Positions 17,190 to 27,822 of a stretch of 64,000 nucleotides of DNA are shown here, piece after piece; positions within the stretch are counted from its first letter, which is position 1, and each line of letters starts with the position of its first letter. The notes under the pieces were generated by a model. The model saw nothing but the letters and a program-made list of their open reading frames with translations, ran no database searches and was not told the origin of the DNA. This DNA comes from Polyangiaceae bacterium (GTDB taxonomy: Bacteria > Myxococcota_A > Polyangia > Polyangiales > Polyangiaceae): the NCBI GenBank assembly GCA_044376115.1, contig JBILLK010000002.1, positions 192,001 through 256,000 of the forward strand, in the 5' to 3' direction. The position numbers were made by a program, and so were the translations under genes.

Positions 17190-18290
17190 CTGAACTCCGA
17201 CCTGTTTGAGTCGCTCGTCGCGCGTGCCGAGGCGCTTCCTGGGCCCCTCTCCGTAGGCGAGGTTCTGGCGCTGGCAGAGCCGTTGCTCGCGGAACTCGGC
17301 GAGTTGCATCGGAAGAGCGACTTCTGCGTCGCGCAGCCAAACGCGCCCGTCGCGCTGCGTTTGCAAAGCCCCGAACAGGCGCTTGGTGCGCCCCCCGATG
17401 CCCGCAGCGATCTTTGGACGGTCGCAGTGCTGCTGTTCCGTCTACTCACGGCGGCGTGGCCGTTCGATAAGCCTGACGATCAACAGCTGATCGTGGCGAT
17501 CGCGATGAGGCCCCATCGAGCGCTGGCCAGCGTGGCGAGTTCGCTCGGGCAGCCATTCGAGGCGTTCTTTTCGAGGGCTTTGCGCAAGGATGCTGTCGAT
17601 CGCTTCCAAACTGCCGAGGAGTTCTTGATCGCGTTGCGCGAGGCGGCGGATGCGCCCTTTGCGCCGATCGTCCAGCCGTTGCCTTTGCCGGTTTACGTCG
17701 AGCCAGCGACCAAGTTGACGAACCCGATCGAGGTGGCACCACCGCCACCACCTCGAGTCCGGCGCGTCCACGTACTCGCTGGGCTGTTGGTCCTGCTTTG
17801 TCTGGGCGGTGCTGCCTGGGTCGTCGGGGACGACGAGAGCAAGCCCGCTCGCAATGGCCTGGGGCCTGCCGAGCCGACTGTGCGGCTCGCTCCAGACGGC
17901 AAGCTGCCCCGGGTAACGCTGAAAGGAGCGCGGCCCATCACGCTGCCGCTCGGTGAGCCCTTCGTGCTCAACGTTTGGGCCGAGCGTTGCGCCGATTGCA
18001 TGCCCAAATTCGAAGCCTGGCGCGCCTTGGCCAAGGCGCGAAAGTTGCCAAACCTCCCGATCGTCAATGTGTCGGCTTTCAAGCCTGCGGATCCAGGCTG
18101 GGCGGAGAGCTACTTCGTCGATGAGCATCTGGTCTGGGACGACGGGCAAGCCTTGATACGGCCGCTGGGGCTCAATCAGTTCACCACCTTCGTCGTACGC
18201 GGCGACGGCCTGATCCTGTTTCGCGGTCATGCGGACCAACCGGGCTTCCGCGAAGCGTTGGACAAAGCTGCCGGCGCAGCGACGAAGTGA
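17190..18290 (+). CDS. Kinase C-lobe fragment (pseudokinase) + TM helix + thioredoxin/TlpA-like domain
   Basis: SPEQ..G...DARSDLW.VAVLLF.LLT..WPF and RALRK....RFQTA kinase subdomains; one TM helix; VLNVWAERCADC CxxC motif. Possible CTG start at 17190 after a GGAGG SD; the ORF track starts at TTG 17283. Confidence 0.65.
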   Translation: MNSDLFESLVARAEALPGPLSVGEVLALAEPLLAELGELHRKSDFCVAQPNAPVALRLQSPEQALGAPPDARSDLWTVAVLLFRLLTAAWPFDKPDDQQLIVAIAMRPHRALASVASSLGQPFEAFFSRALRKDAVDRFQTAEEFLIALREAADAPFAPIVQPLPLPVYVEPATKLTNPIEVAPPPPPRVRRVHVLAGLLVLLCLGGAAWVVGDDESKPARNGLGPAEPTVRLAPDGKLPRVTLKGARPITLPLGEPFVLNVWAERCADCMPKFEAWRALAKARKLPNLPIVNVSAFKPADPGWAESYFVDEHLVWDDGQALIRPLGLNQFTTFVVRGDGLILFRGHADQPGFREALDKAAGAATK

Positions 18291-18313
18291 TAAGGTCCGC
18301 GCGCTTTCGCTAG

Positions 18314-20651
<2,338 letters not shown>

Positions 20652-20655
<4 letters not shown>

Positions 20656-21761
20656 GCCGCGGAGGGCAGCGAAGGTGTGCGCGGAGTCATGCGTGCGCGC
20701 CGATCCGCGCGCCGCATATCGCTACCGCTGGGCTCATGTTCGTTGCGTTGCAGAGCCTCGCCGCCTGCGGCGCGGACCGTGAACGGAGTTCGAGCGCCGA
20801 TCTGGCGCCGGGCTCGAATTCAGCGCCACGCGCCCTCGCTGCCGCGGCGCCCTCTGGGAACGCTGAACCAAGCGCCTCAGCGGCGCCGGCTGCCAGCGCC
20901 GCTCCCAGCGCGGCGGCCCCCACGTCGCTGGCCTGCGCTGAAGGCATGCAGCTGATTGACGGCTCGTATTGTGAAGAGCTGGAGGTGCGCTGCTTAGAGA
21001 AATTTTACGCGCCGCAGAACCACCTCTGGGTGTGCAAGCGGGTCGCCGAACCAACGCGCTGTATCGGTAAAGAGCGACCGATGCGTTATTGCATGGACAC
21101 CTACGAGTTCCCGAATCGCAAAGGCGAGCGGCCGATGGTGATGCAGAACTTCTACCAGGCGCAGGTGCAATGCGCGAAGGCGGGCAAGCGTGTGTGCACA
21201 GAGAGCGAGTGGACGCTGGCCTGTGAAGGTCCGGAGCGCACGCCGTTCCCCTACGGCTACGTGCGCGACCCCAACAAATGCAACGGCGATAAACCGTGGG
21301 ATCGGCCGGACCGCAGCAAGCTGATCGATCGTGATCCGCGCGAGCTCGAGCGCCTTTGGCAAGGCCGTGTTTCCGGCTCGCAGCCGGAGTGCATCTCGGC
21401 TTTCGGCGTGGCGGATTTGCCCGGTAACACCGATGAGCTGGCCGCGAGTGAGACGAATTTCCCCTTCGACAAGAAGCAGAACTTCGACAACGTGACCACC
21501 GGCGGGCCTTGGTACTACGGCACGCGCAATATGTGCCGGCCGAAGATCTACACGCACGATGAGAGCTTCGCTTACTACTACCTTTCGTGGCGCTGTTGCA
21601 GCGAGGCCGACGGCAAGCCCACCGACCCTCGCTCGCCCAAGCAGATCGCCCGCGGGTGGAGCTTCGACAAAGTGAAGGACATCGCCAACCACAGTTGGAA
21701 GTTGCCGCTCAATCCGAAGTGGCCAGGTGATGAAGGCTACGTCTCGGGCGGGCCGAAGTAG
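20652..21761 (+). CDS. FGE-sulfatase (SUMF1)-domain lipoprotein
   Basis: Lipobox LAAC; CAEGM, YCMDTYEFPN, AQVQCAKAGKRVCTESEWTLACEG, PFPYG, SAFGVADLPGN and WRCC motifs. Start codon uncertain. Confidence 0.8.
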
Positions 21762-21834
21762 GCAGCGGACCTCGAGGCGCGGGCGCGGGGCTAGGTCAGC
21801 TCGCGTACGCAAGCGCAGTGCGCTAGGGTCGGGC

Positions 21835-22848
21835 ATGCCTTACAAGTTGTTGTTTCCTTCCATGCTCCGGATTTCGTTGCTCGCTATCGGCTTTGCGGCG
21901 GCGAACTCTGGTTGCGGCGATGACACCTTGCCCACCGACGCTGTCTCATCGACCTCGGGCGGTGCGCCCAACGCAGGCGGCGGAGGACAAGGCGGCGCTG
22001 GGGCGAACGCGACGGGCGGAGCCGGAGGAACTGGCGCGAGTTCAGCGACGGGCGGAGCTGGAGGAGCCGGCGGTGGAGCCAACTGCATCGAGGACGGGCA
22101 CGTCGCAGGAGAGCGCTACTCGCTCGGGGACAACTGCAACTTCTGCGACTGCAACGCCGACGGCTCGAGCAGTTGCACGAACCGCAGCTGTGCTTCCTCT
22201 GACGGCGGTTGCAACTACGCCGGTGTAGACCACGCGTACGCTGAGCGTTTCCCCTCGACCGACGCTTGCAACGAGTGCGTCTGTGCAGCGAGCGGGCTGG
22301 CCTGCACGCGCCGCGAATGCACGACCAAAGAGGAGGGCGCCATCCTTGTCGAGTCGCTCGATACGCCCTGCGGTGACGACCCGACCTTCACTGCGCAAGC
22401 CGTGCTCGACGGCCTGCCGGTTAGCGATCTCGAGGCGCCTTTTGCTTACGAGACCGACGGCCCGCTCTATCCGGAGAGTTTGCCCGATACCACGGTGCGC
22501 GTTCGCGTCGTCTATGACGGCGGCTTCGCTGTGTGTCGCATTCCGAACCCCGGACAAGAGGCGTTCGACATCGAGGTTCTCGCCGAGTGGATCACCGAGG
22601 ACGGCGCCTTCGATGAGGGCTTTCATACCTATCTGCGCCGCAACGCAGGCGGCTTCACTGACGCCTGGTATCTCGGGATGACCAAGCCGGTCAACGGGCT
22701 CGACGGCAGCTACAATCCCGCCTGTCTCGATCCCAATGGCTTCGGCTTCACGGTGAACTTCGACGCCACCGGAGTCGTGGACGGCAGCGTAAGCAAGACC
22801 TGTGAGGCCGATATCCCGCTCACGGTGGGCAGCTTCCTCTATCCGTAA
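21835..22848 (+). CDS. Cys-rich lipoprotein with two pacifastin/vWC-like repeats
   Basis: Lipobox-like NSGC; Gly linker; CNFCDCNADGSSSCTNRSC and CNECVCAASGLACTRREC. Confidence 0.7.
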   Translation: MPYKLLFPSMLRISLLAIGFAAANSGCGDDTLPTDAVSSTSGGAPNAGGGGQGGAGANATGGAGGTGASSATGGAGGAGGGANCIEDGHVAGERYSLGDNCNFCDCNADGSSSCTNRSCASSDGGCNYAGVDHAYAERFPSTDACNECVCAASGLACTRRECTTKEEGAILVESLDTPCGDDPTFTAQAVLDGLPVSDLEAPFAYETDGPLYPESLPDTTVRVRVVYDGGFAVCRIPNPGQEAFDIEVLAEWITEDGAFDEGFHTYLRRNAGGFTDAWYLGMTKPVNGLDGSYNPACLDPNGFGFTVNFDATGVVDGSVSKTCEADIPLTVGSFLYP

Positions 22849-22986
22849 CGGGCATGGGCAACGACTATTCGACCATGAGCTGACCGCCGCTTCCGTCCTT
22901 GGCCCAACGTGGCCCATCGAAAGGAGGCTGGCGATTTCAGAATCCTTCAGACCGTTGCTTGGCCCGACAGCTGCATCATCGTGGTC

Positions 22987-23400
22987 ATGAATAAGCTACA
23001 ACTTGGCTCGAAGTTCTTCCTCGGTTTTGCGGCATGGCTTGCAGCCGCCCTCACACCCGCTTGCACCACGGGAAGCGATTGTGATCCGGAGGAGAGGGAG
23101 GAGGAACCTTTCGAGGGCTGCAAAATAACCTACACCGCGCCCAACGAAGGGGTGACGGAGCGCTGCCTGACCGTGGAGCTGGAAGCGGGGGAATGTCCAA
23201 CCGCTGACCAGATCAATGAATTGGACGTGCTCGGCGGGGAGGTTGCCGAGTGCGGACCAACGCCCGATAGCCCGAAGCCGCTCGAGGGAGTTGGTGGGGC
23301 AGGCGGCGGAGCAGAGGGCGGTGGAGGCAGCGGTGGGGGCACTGCCGGCGAACAGGGCAGCTGCTGCTACCCAGTTATCTACTCTGGAGGCTGCATCTAA
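22987..23400 (+). CDS. Small Cys-containing lipoprotein
   Basis: Lipobox LTPAC; Gly-rich segment; C-terminal CCYPV...C. Confidence 0.6.
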   Translation: MNKLQLGSKFFLGFAAWLAAALTPACTTGSDCDPEEREEEPFEGCKITYTAPNEGVTERCLTVELEAGECPTADQINELDVLGGEVAECGPTPDSPKPLEGVGGAGGGAEGGGGSGGGTAGEQGSCCYPVIYSGGCI

Positions 23401-23495
23401 CTCTTTAGGCTGAGGCGATCACGCGCTGAAACAAGGGCCGTGGGACGTGCGAAGCCCGCTTGAGGCAGGTAGCCTCGAGACGGGTGGCGCGACCG

Positions 23496-24161
23496 ATGAC
23501 AGGCATCAGCGAAGGTGAACTCGGCGACAGGCTGCTGAACGAACTCGAGGCGGAGCTGCTCGCTCGCTTCGAGTCGCCGGCGGCGCTCTCGGACGCTGAT
23601 GCCGGGACGTGTTCTAGCTACGCGCAGCAGCTCGCGGCGGCAGCGCAGCTTGTGATCGGCCGTGCCGTGAAGCTCGACGCACAGCGCCTGCTTATGCGCG
23701 CAATCGCGCTGCGTAGCGGGAAACTGTTCGCCTGGTTGTGCGCGAACTTCGAGCCAGCGCTGTGCAGCGATGGTCACTTCTTTCGCTGCCTGCGCGACAT
23801 GCGCCCCGACCCCAACGCTCTCTTGTTTGCGCTGGACCCAGAGGGGAAGCCAACGAATGCGGAGTTGGTGGTGCGCAGCGTGGGAGGCGAGGGGGCGGTG
23901 GTTGTTCCGCTGACCAAGTCGCTAGTGCGCATCGGCCGAGCCAAGGATTGCGAGGTGCGACTCGTTCACGACACGATCAGTCGCTACGGCGCGCTCATCC
24001 GCTTCTGCCGACACGGCGTGCTGGTTGAGGATAACGGCAGTGGGACTTGGCTTGGTGTGGGTGATTCACCAGCCTCCTATCATCAGCTCGCGCGTCACGA
24101 CCTGATTTCGGTCGGTACCTGCTTCAAACTCGAAGTCCGCGAGGTCGAGAGGCAGCGCTGA
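23496..24161 (+). CDS. FHA-domain protein
   Basis: C-terminal RIGRAKDCEVRL...ISRYGA...VEDNGS.....D.I.VG; FHA motif partly degenerate. Confidence 0.65.
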   Translation: MTGISEGELGDRLLNELEAELLARFESPAALSDADAGTCSSYAQQLAAAAQLVIGRAVKLDAQRLLMRAIALRSGKLFAWLCANFEPALCSDGHFFRCLRDMRPDPNALLFALDPEGKPTNAELVVRSVGGEGAVVVPLTKSLVRIGRAKDCEVRLVHDTISRYGALIRFCRHGVLVEDNGSGTWLGVGDSPASYHQLARHDLISVGTCFKLEVREVERQR

Positions 24162-24327
24162 CAACAAGCCTACTCGCGCGCTACTCGTCACAACCGAATC
24201 CGAGGATCAGACGGCTGCGAGCCCTCAAGTGCGAGAAAACGCGGCAATTCCCGCCAGACCAACACATCGCTGGTCTGCACAAAACCCGAGTTTTCAGCGT
24301 GGGACCATGCGCTCCATAATGCGACAC

Positions 24328-25134
24328 ATGACTGCATCGGAGCTTGTTTCGTGCCGGGTGTCGAAGCTGGTCTCGCTGCTCGCGCTGAGTGCGCAGCTCG
24401 TTGGCTGCGCGCCGGGTGAGGCTTGGCTATCAGATGAGAAGACGTCCGAGGAGCTCGAGCAACTGAAGGCGCCGCGTAAGCTACTGCTCTGTGAGCAAGG
24501 GCTCAGCGATCGCACCAGCGGTTGGGACAAGGGGCTGTTCGCGCTGTGTGAGGCGACGGAGGCCTTTGGGTTCAAGGTGATTCGCGACGGGGAGTATCCG
24601 GCCTTTGGTGCGCTGGATGAGAAGGGCGCTTACAACGCGCTTTTCGATGAGCTCGACGAGAACGGCGACGGCCTTGTCGATGCCAACGATTCGCCGGCGC
24701 TGGTGCACGTGGTCGGCTTCTCGTGGGGCGGTATCAACATCACCGACGTCGCTGATCGTCTGCGCGTCGATAAGCGCGTCGCTGTCGGTAGGCGCGGCGT
24801 CACGGCGATGGTGCTGCTCGACCCGTTTCAACCGCAGCTCTCCCGCGCCAACATTCCGAGCAACGTCGCTCACGCATGGATTTACCGTCAAACCGAGACG
24901 ACCGATGGAGATTGCTCGTCTGCGGTCTCGCTAGGCTTCGGCTACAACGGGCATCGGCCACGGGCGCGCAGCGAAATGACCTTCTGTCAGGACTACGATC
25001 TCGATGCCTTCAAGAACGACGTTGGGCACTGTGATGTGCCGAGCGTGGCAACCAAGGCCGCGGTGCACAACCTGGTGACCTTGACCGACTACGAGCCGTG
25101 GGCGAAGAACGCAGTGGAGTGCGATCTCGACTGA
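24328..25134 (+). CDS. Alpha/beta-hydrolase-fold lipoprotein with an EF-hand-like loop
   Basis: Lipobox LVGC; nucleophile elbow VVGFSWGG; LLDP; GHCD; DENGDGLVD loop. Start uncertain (ATGs at 24307, 24319, 24328). Confidence 0.7.
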   Translation: MTASELVSCRVSKLVSLLALSAQLVGCAPGEAWLSDEKTSEELEQLKAPRKLLLCEQGLSDRTSGWDKGLFALCEATEAFGFKVIRDGEYPAFGALDEKGAYNALFDELDENGDGLVDANDSPALVHVVGFSWGGINITDVADRLRVDKRVAVGRRGVTAMVLLDPFQPQLSRANIPSNVAHAWIYRQTETTDGDCSSAVSLGFGYNGHRPRARSEMTFCQDYDLDAFKNDVGHCDVPSVATKAAVHNLVTLTDYEPWAKNAVECDLD

Positions 25135-25181
25135 GCCGGCACGACCAGGAACGAGAAGCACGCAGTACCAAGCTCCGCAGC

Positions 25182-25979
25182 TCAGGGCGTGGCGGGCGTC
25201 TCGGCTTCTCCACGTTCTTTGAGCGACGCGAGCGGCTTTCCGCTGATGATGCGCTTGAACAGCGCCGGCCAGTCAGCAAACTCGGTGCCCAAAATGCGAT
25301 CCATCACCGCGGTCTGGAATGCGTAGTGGCCGGTCCAGCGCGCGTGATGCAGCGCATGATAGACGAACGGATTCGCGAACAGCGTCGCGAAGCGCGAACC
25401 AGCTGCAGCCGAGTTGGGTTCGACGTTGGCGTGACCCACGATGTTGCCGACGATGTTGAACGCGAGGTATCCGAAGTAGCCCCAGAAGGTGATCGGCATG
25501 TAGAGCGACAGGAGGGCGGGCAACCCAACGTAGCCGAGCATCCACCCAAGAGCTTCAAACACGCTCACCGATTGCCCCGACAGCGGGGTGGTCACCTGGG
25601 AACGGTGATGCCAACGATGCATCCAAATCAGCTTCGGGTGGTGCATGGCCCGATGCAGCCCGTAATAGAAAACCTGAAACGCCATCATCAGGGTGAAGAA
25701 CGTGACGATGGACGCAACGGTCTTCGGTGCGGCAAAGTTGAACAAGCCCAAGTGCAAAGCCAGCGTAAAGCTGAGCGCACTCACCGCGATGAAAACGAGG
25801 TTGCCTTTGAACTCGTGTGAAAGTTGCCCGTCCGGGATCGGTAACGAAAATACCCGGCGGTTGGGGAACGCCCGTTCCGCGAGGTAACCACAGGCAACGC
25901 TTGCTGTCGTCAGGGACGCCATGGCTGCGAACACCGACAGCAGCAGCGAAAAAAAATCCTGGGGCAGCCACTGGAGCAT
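25182..25979 (-). CDS. Sterol desaturase / fatty-acid hydroxylase family membrane enzyme
   Basis: His boxes HRAMHH, HRWHH, GHAN and HALHH; several TM helices. Confidence 0.88.
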   Translation of the reverse strand: MLQWLPQDFFSLLLSVFAAMASLTTASVACGYLAERAFPNRRVFSLPIPDGQLSHEFKGNLVFIAVSALSFTLALHLGLFNFAAPKTVASIVTFFTLMMAFQVFYYGLHRAMHHPKLIWMHRWHHRSQVTTPLSGQSVSVFEALGWMLGYVGLPALLSLYMPITFWGYFGYLAFNIVGNIVGHANVEPNSAAAGSRFATLFANPFVYHALHHARWTGHYAFQTAVMDRILGTEFADWPALFKRIISGKPLASLKERGEAETPATP

Positions 25980-26081
25980 GCCCTCGTCTTAGGGGCCTGA
26001 ACACGAGCCAACAAGCCCGCGCGCTCAAATCTGTTCGGCGGTCATCGCACGGATCGGCCGCTTCAAGCTCCGCGGGCCGCG

Positions 26082-27770
26082 TTAGCTGAGCGGTGAGAAG
26101 TGCACCAGATCCCCTGCTTCAACGCGCGCGAAGCCGCTGGGGCTACCGGGGAACCTTTGTGCGTTGGCCATCGTTAGGGACGCGTCTCCAGGCACTGAGC
26201 TGTTCATCGCCGCGAACGCCTGGTCCACGGCTGGACCTGCGGGCACTTGCAGCTTTCCGATCACACCCTCGAGCACCTGGCCCCAAGCCATGCCGGCCAG
26301 GGCCCAATGCGGGCTACCCGCGGCCAGCTCCGTCATGCAGGCTTCCGCAGTAGCGTACACGCCGATCACATGGCAGCCGGAGATATGCACGAGGCGCGCC
26401 TGTGCGAGCTTGGTGCGCAAGGCAGGAACGTCGTGCTCGCTCTTGCAGCGAAGACAGAGCGCTGCACCCTCGAACACGTTGAGCGACGACAGAAACCCTG
26501 AGAAGGGAACCAACTCAGCCAGCTCCGGGAAATCCACGATCATGCGCCCCAGCGACATCACTTTGCGCGGTGGAATCACCCGCTCGAGGATCGCCGTGAC
26601 GGGCGCTTTCGTGTCGTTGTGAAAGAGCAGCGAGGCGAGCGACGGATGAACCTTTGCAAGCTGCGGGTGAATCGCGTTACCCAAGCGAAACTCGGTCTTC
26701 ATCAAGGTATCGAGCTCGCGTACGCCGAGCAGCGCGGGCGGGCCGAGTGCGGGGATGGTGCGCAGTTGATACGTACCCGGCGTCAGTGGTACCGCGAGCT
26801 CGGTCTGGCCACCAGGCTCGACCAGGTCTTGTGCGACCACCTGCGGCGTTCGCGCGGGGCTTCCGAAACACTCGATCTTCGGCCTTAAATCGCGAACGTC
26901 CGGGGCAGGGAAGAAGTGGATTGCGAGCGACTCGGAGAAGGTCGCATCGAGCTTGATGTTGCAGGTATCGCAATGGGTCGTCAGCGGAGCCTGACCATCG
27001 CTGAAGCTGGCTTTCGGCACCAAACAGGCCGGGCACAACAAGTCGACGCGGACCCCGAGCAGGCCGACTTGCACCGCAGCGACAAATAGCCCCGCTACAT
27101 CCGAAAGCGGTGCCGCCCATGCCTGCGCTAGCGCCAGCGCCGACATCGCGTATTGGTCTCGCAGCGGCGCTGCGCGAATGAAGGCCAGCAAACGCTCGCG
27201 TAGCGCGGTTGGTGCGAGCTTTTGCGCTCTACTTTCGAGCACCCGTGCCTGCGTCGCGTTCAATGATGGCGGCGGGTTCAGCAAGCGAGCATCGACCGGC
27301 TCGGCGAACTCATCAGCGGCCTGTTCATCGAGAAAGGTCACCATCGCAGCCAGCGCGGTGCGCAAGTGCGGCTCGACCGAGCGCTTCAGGTCGAAGTTGA
27401 GCACTGGTCGGAACAGGCCGTTCTTGGGCTGTACCTCGAGCTGATAGCGGATGGCGGTGCCTCCGTTCGGCAGGGCTTCAAACTGGGCGCGCGCCGTCAT
27501 TCGGCTAGCCGGGCCACTCTCGAAATCCCGCTGGATGCGGAACCAGTGCGGCGAACGAAAGGTGAATGGCTTTTCTTCCCAGCGAATGGTGAGCCCGAGT
27601 TTGCCGACCGAACCGATGATGCGAGGCCCTTCAGGGCCGTTCACCGTTTGGAAGTTCAAGCCTGCTTTGGCGAGCGAATTGAACGAGTCGGTGTCGCTCA
27701 TCGCGCGAAAGGCTCGGTCCGGTGCTGCGCGGGTTTCGAGATGGAAGGTGAATCGAATGGGTTCAGCCAT
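26082..27770 (-). CDS. SRPBCC-like + DUF5939-like protein with a degenerate cyclase-like C-terminus
   Basis: SDTDSFN...WEEKPFTF...RDFESGP (SRPBCC-like); LLCPAC...HCDTCNI.....F.P...CFGSP.RTP (DUF5939-like); no intact cyclase catalytic motifs seen. ATG 27770 chosen. Confidence 0.6.
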   Translation of the reverse strand: MAEPIRFTFHLETRAAPDRAFRAMSDTDSFNSLAKAGLNFQTVNGPEGPRIIGSVGKLGLTIRWEEKPFTFRSPHWFRIQRDFESGPASRMTARAQFEALPNGGTAIRYQLEVQPKNGLFRPVLNFDLKRSVEPHLRTALAAMVTFLDEQAADEFAEPVDARLLNPPPSLNATQARVLESRAQKLAPTALRERLLAFIRAAPLRDQYAMSALALAQAWAAPLSDVAGLFVAAVQVGLLGVRVDLLCPACLVPKASFSDGQAPLTTHCDTCNIKLDATFSESLAIHFFPAPDVRDLRPKIECFGSPARTPQVVAQDLVEPGGQTELAVPLTPGTYQLRTIPALGPPALLGVRELDTLMKTEFRLGNAIHPQLAKVHPSLASLLFHNDTKAPVTAILERVIPPRKVMSLGRMIVDFPELAELVPFSGFLSSLNVFEGAALCLRCKSEHDVPALRTKLAQARLVHISGCHVIGVYATAEACMTELAAGSPHWALAGMAWGQVLEGVIGKLQVPAGPAVDQAFAAMNSSVPGDASLTMANAQRFPGSPSGFARVEAGDLVHFSPLS

Positions 27771-27822
27771 GCTTGCGACGACAACGTTGCGCTCCTTCGG
27801 CTGCCTTGGCAAATGCAACCGC

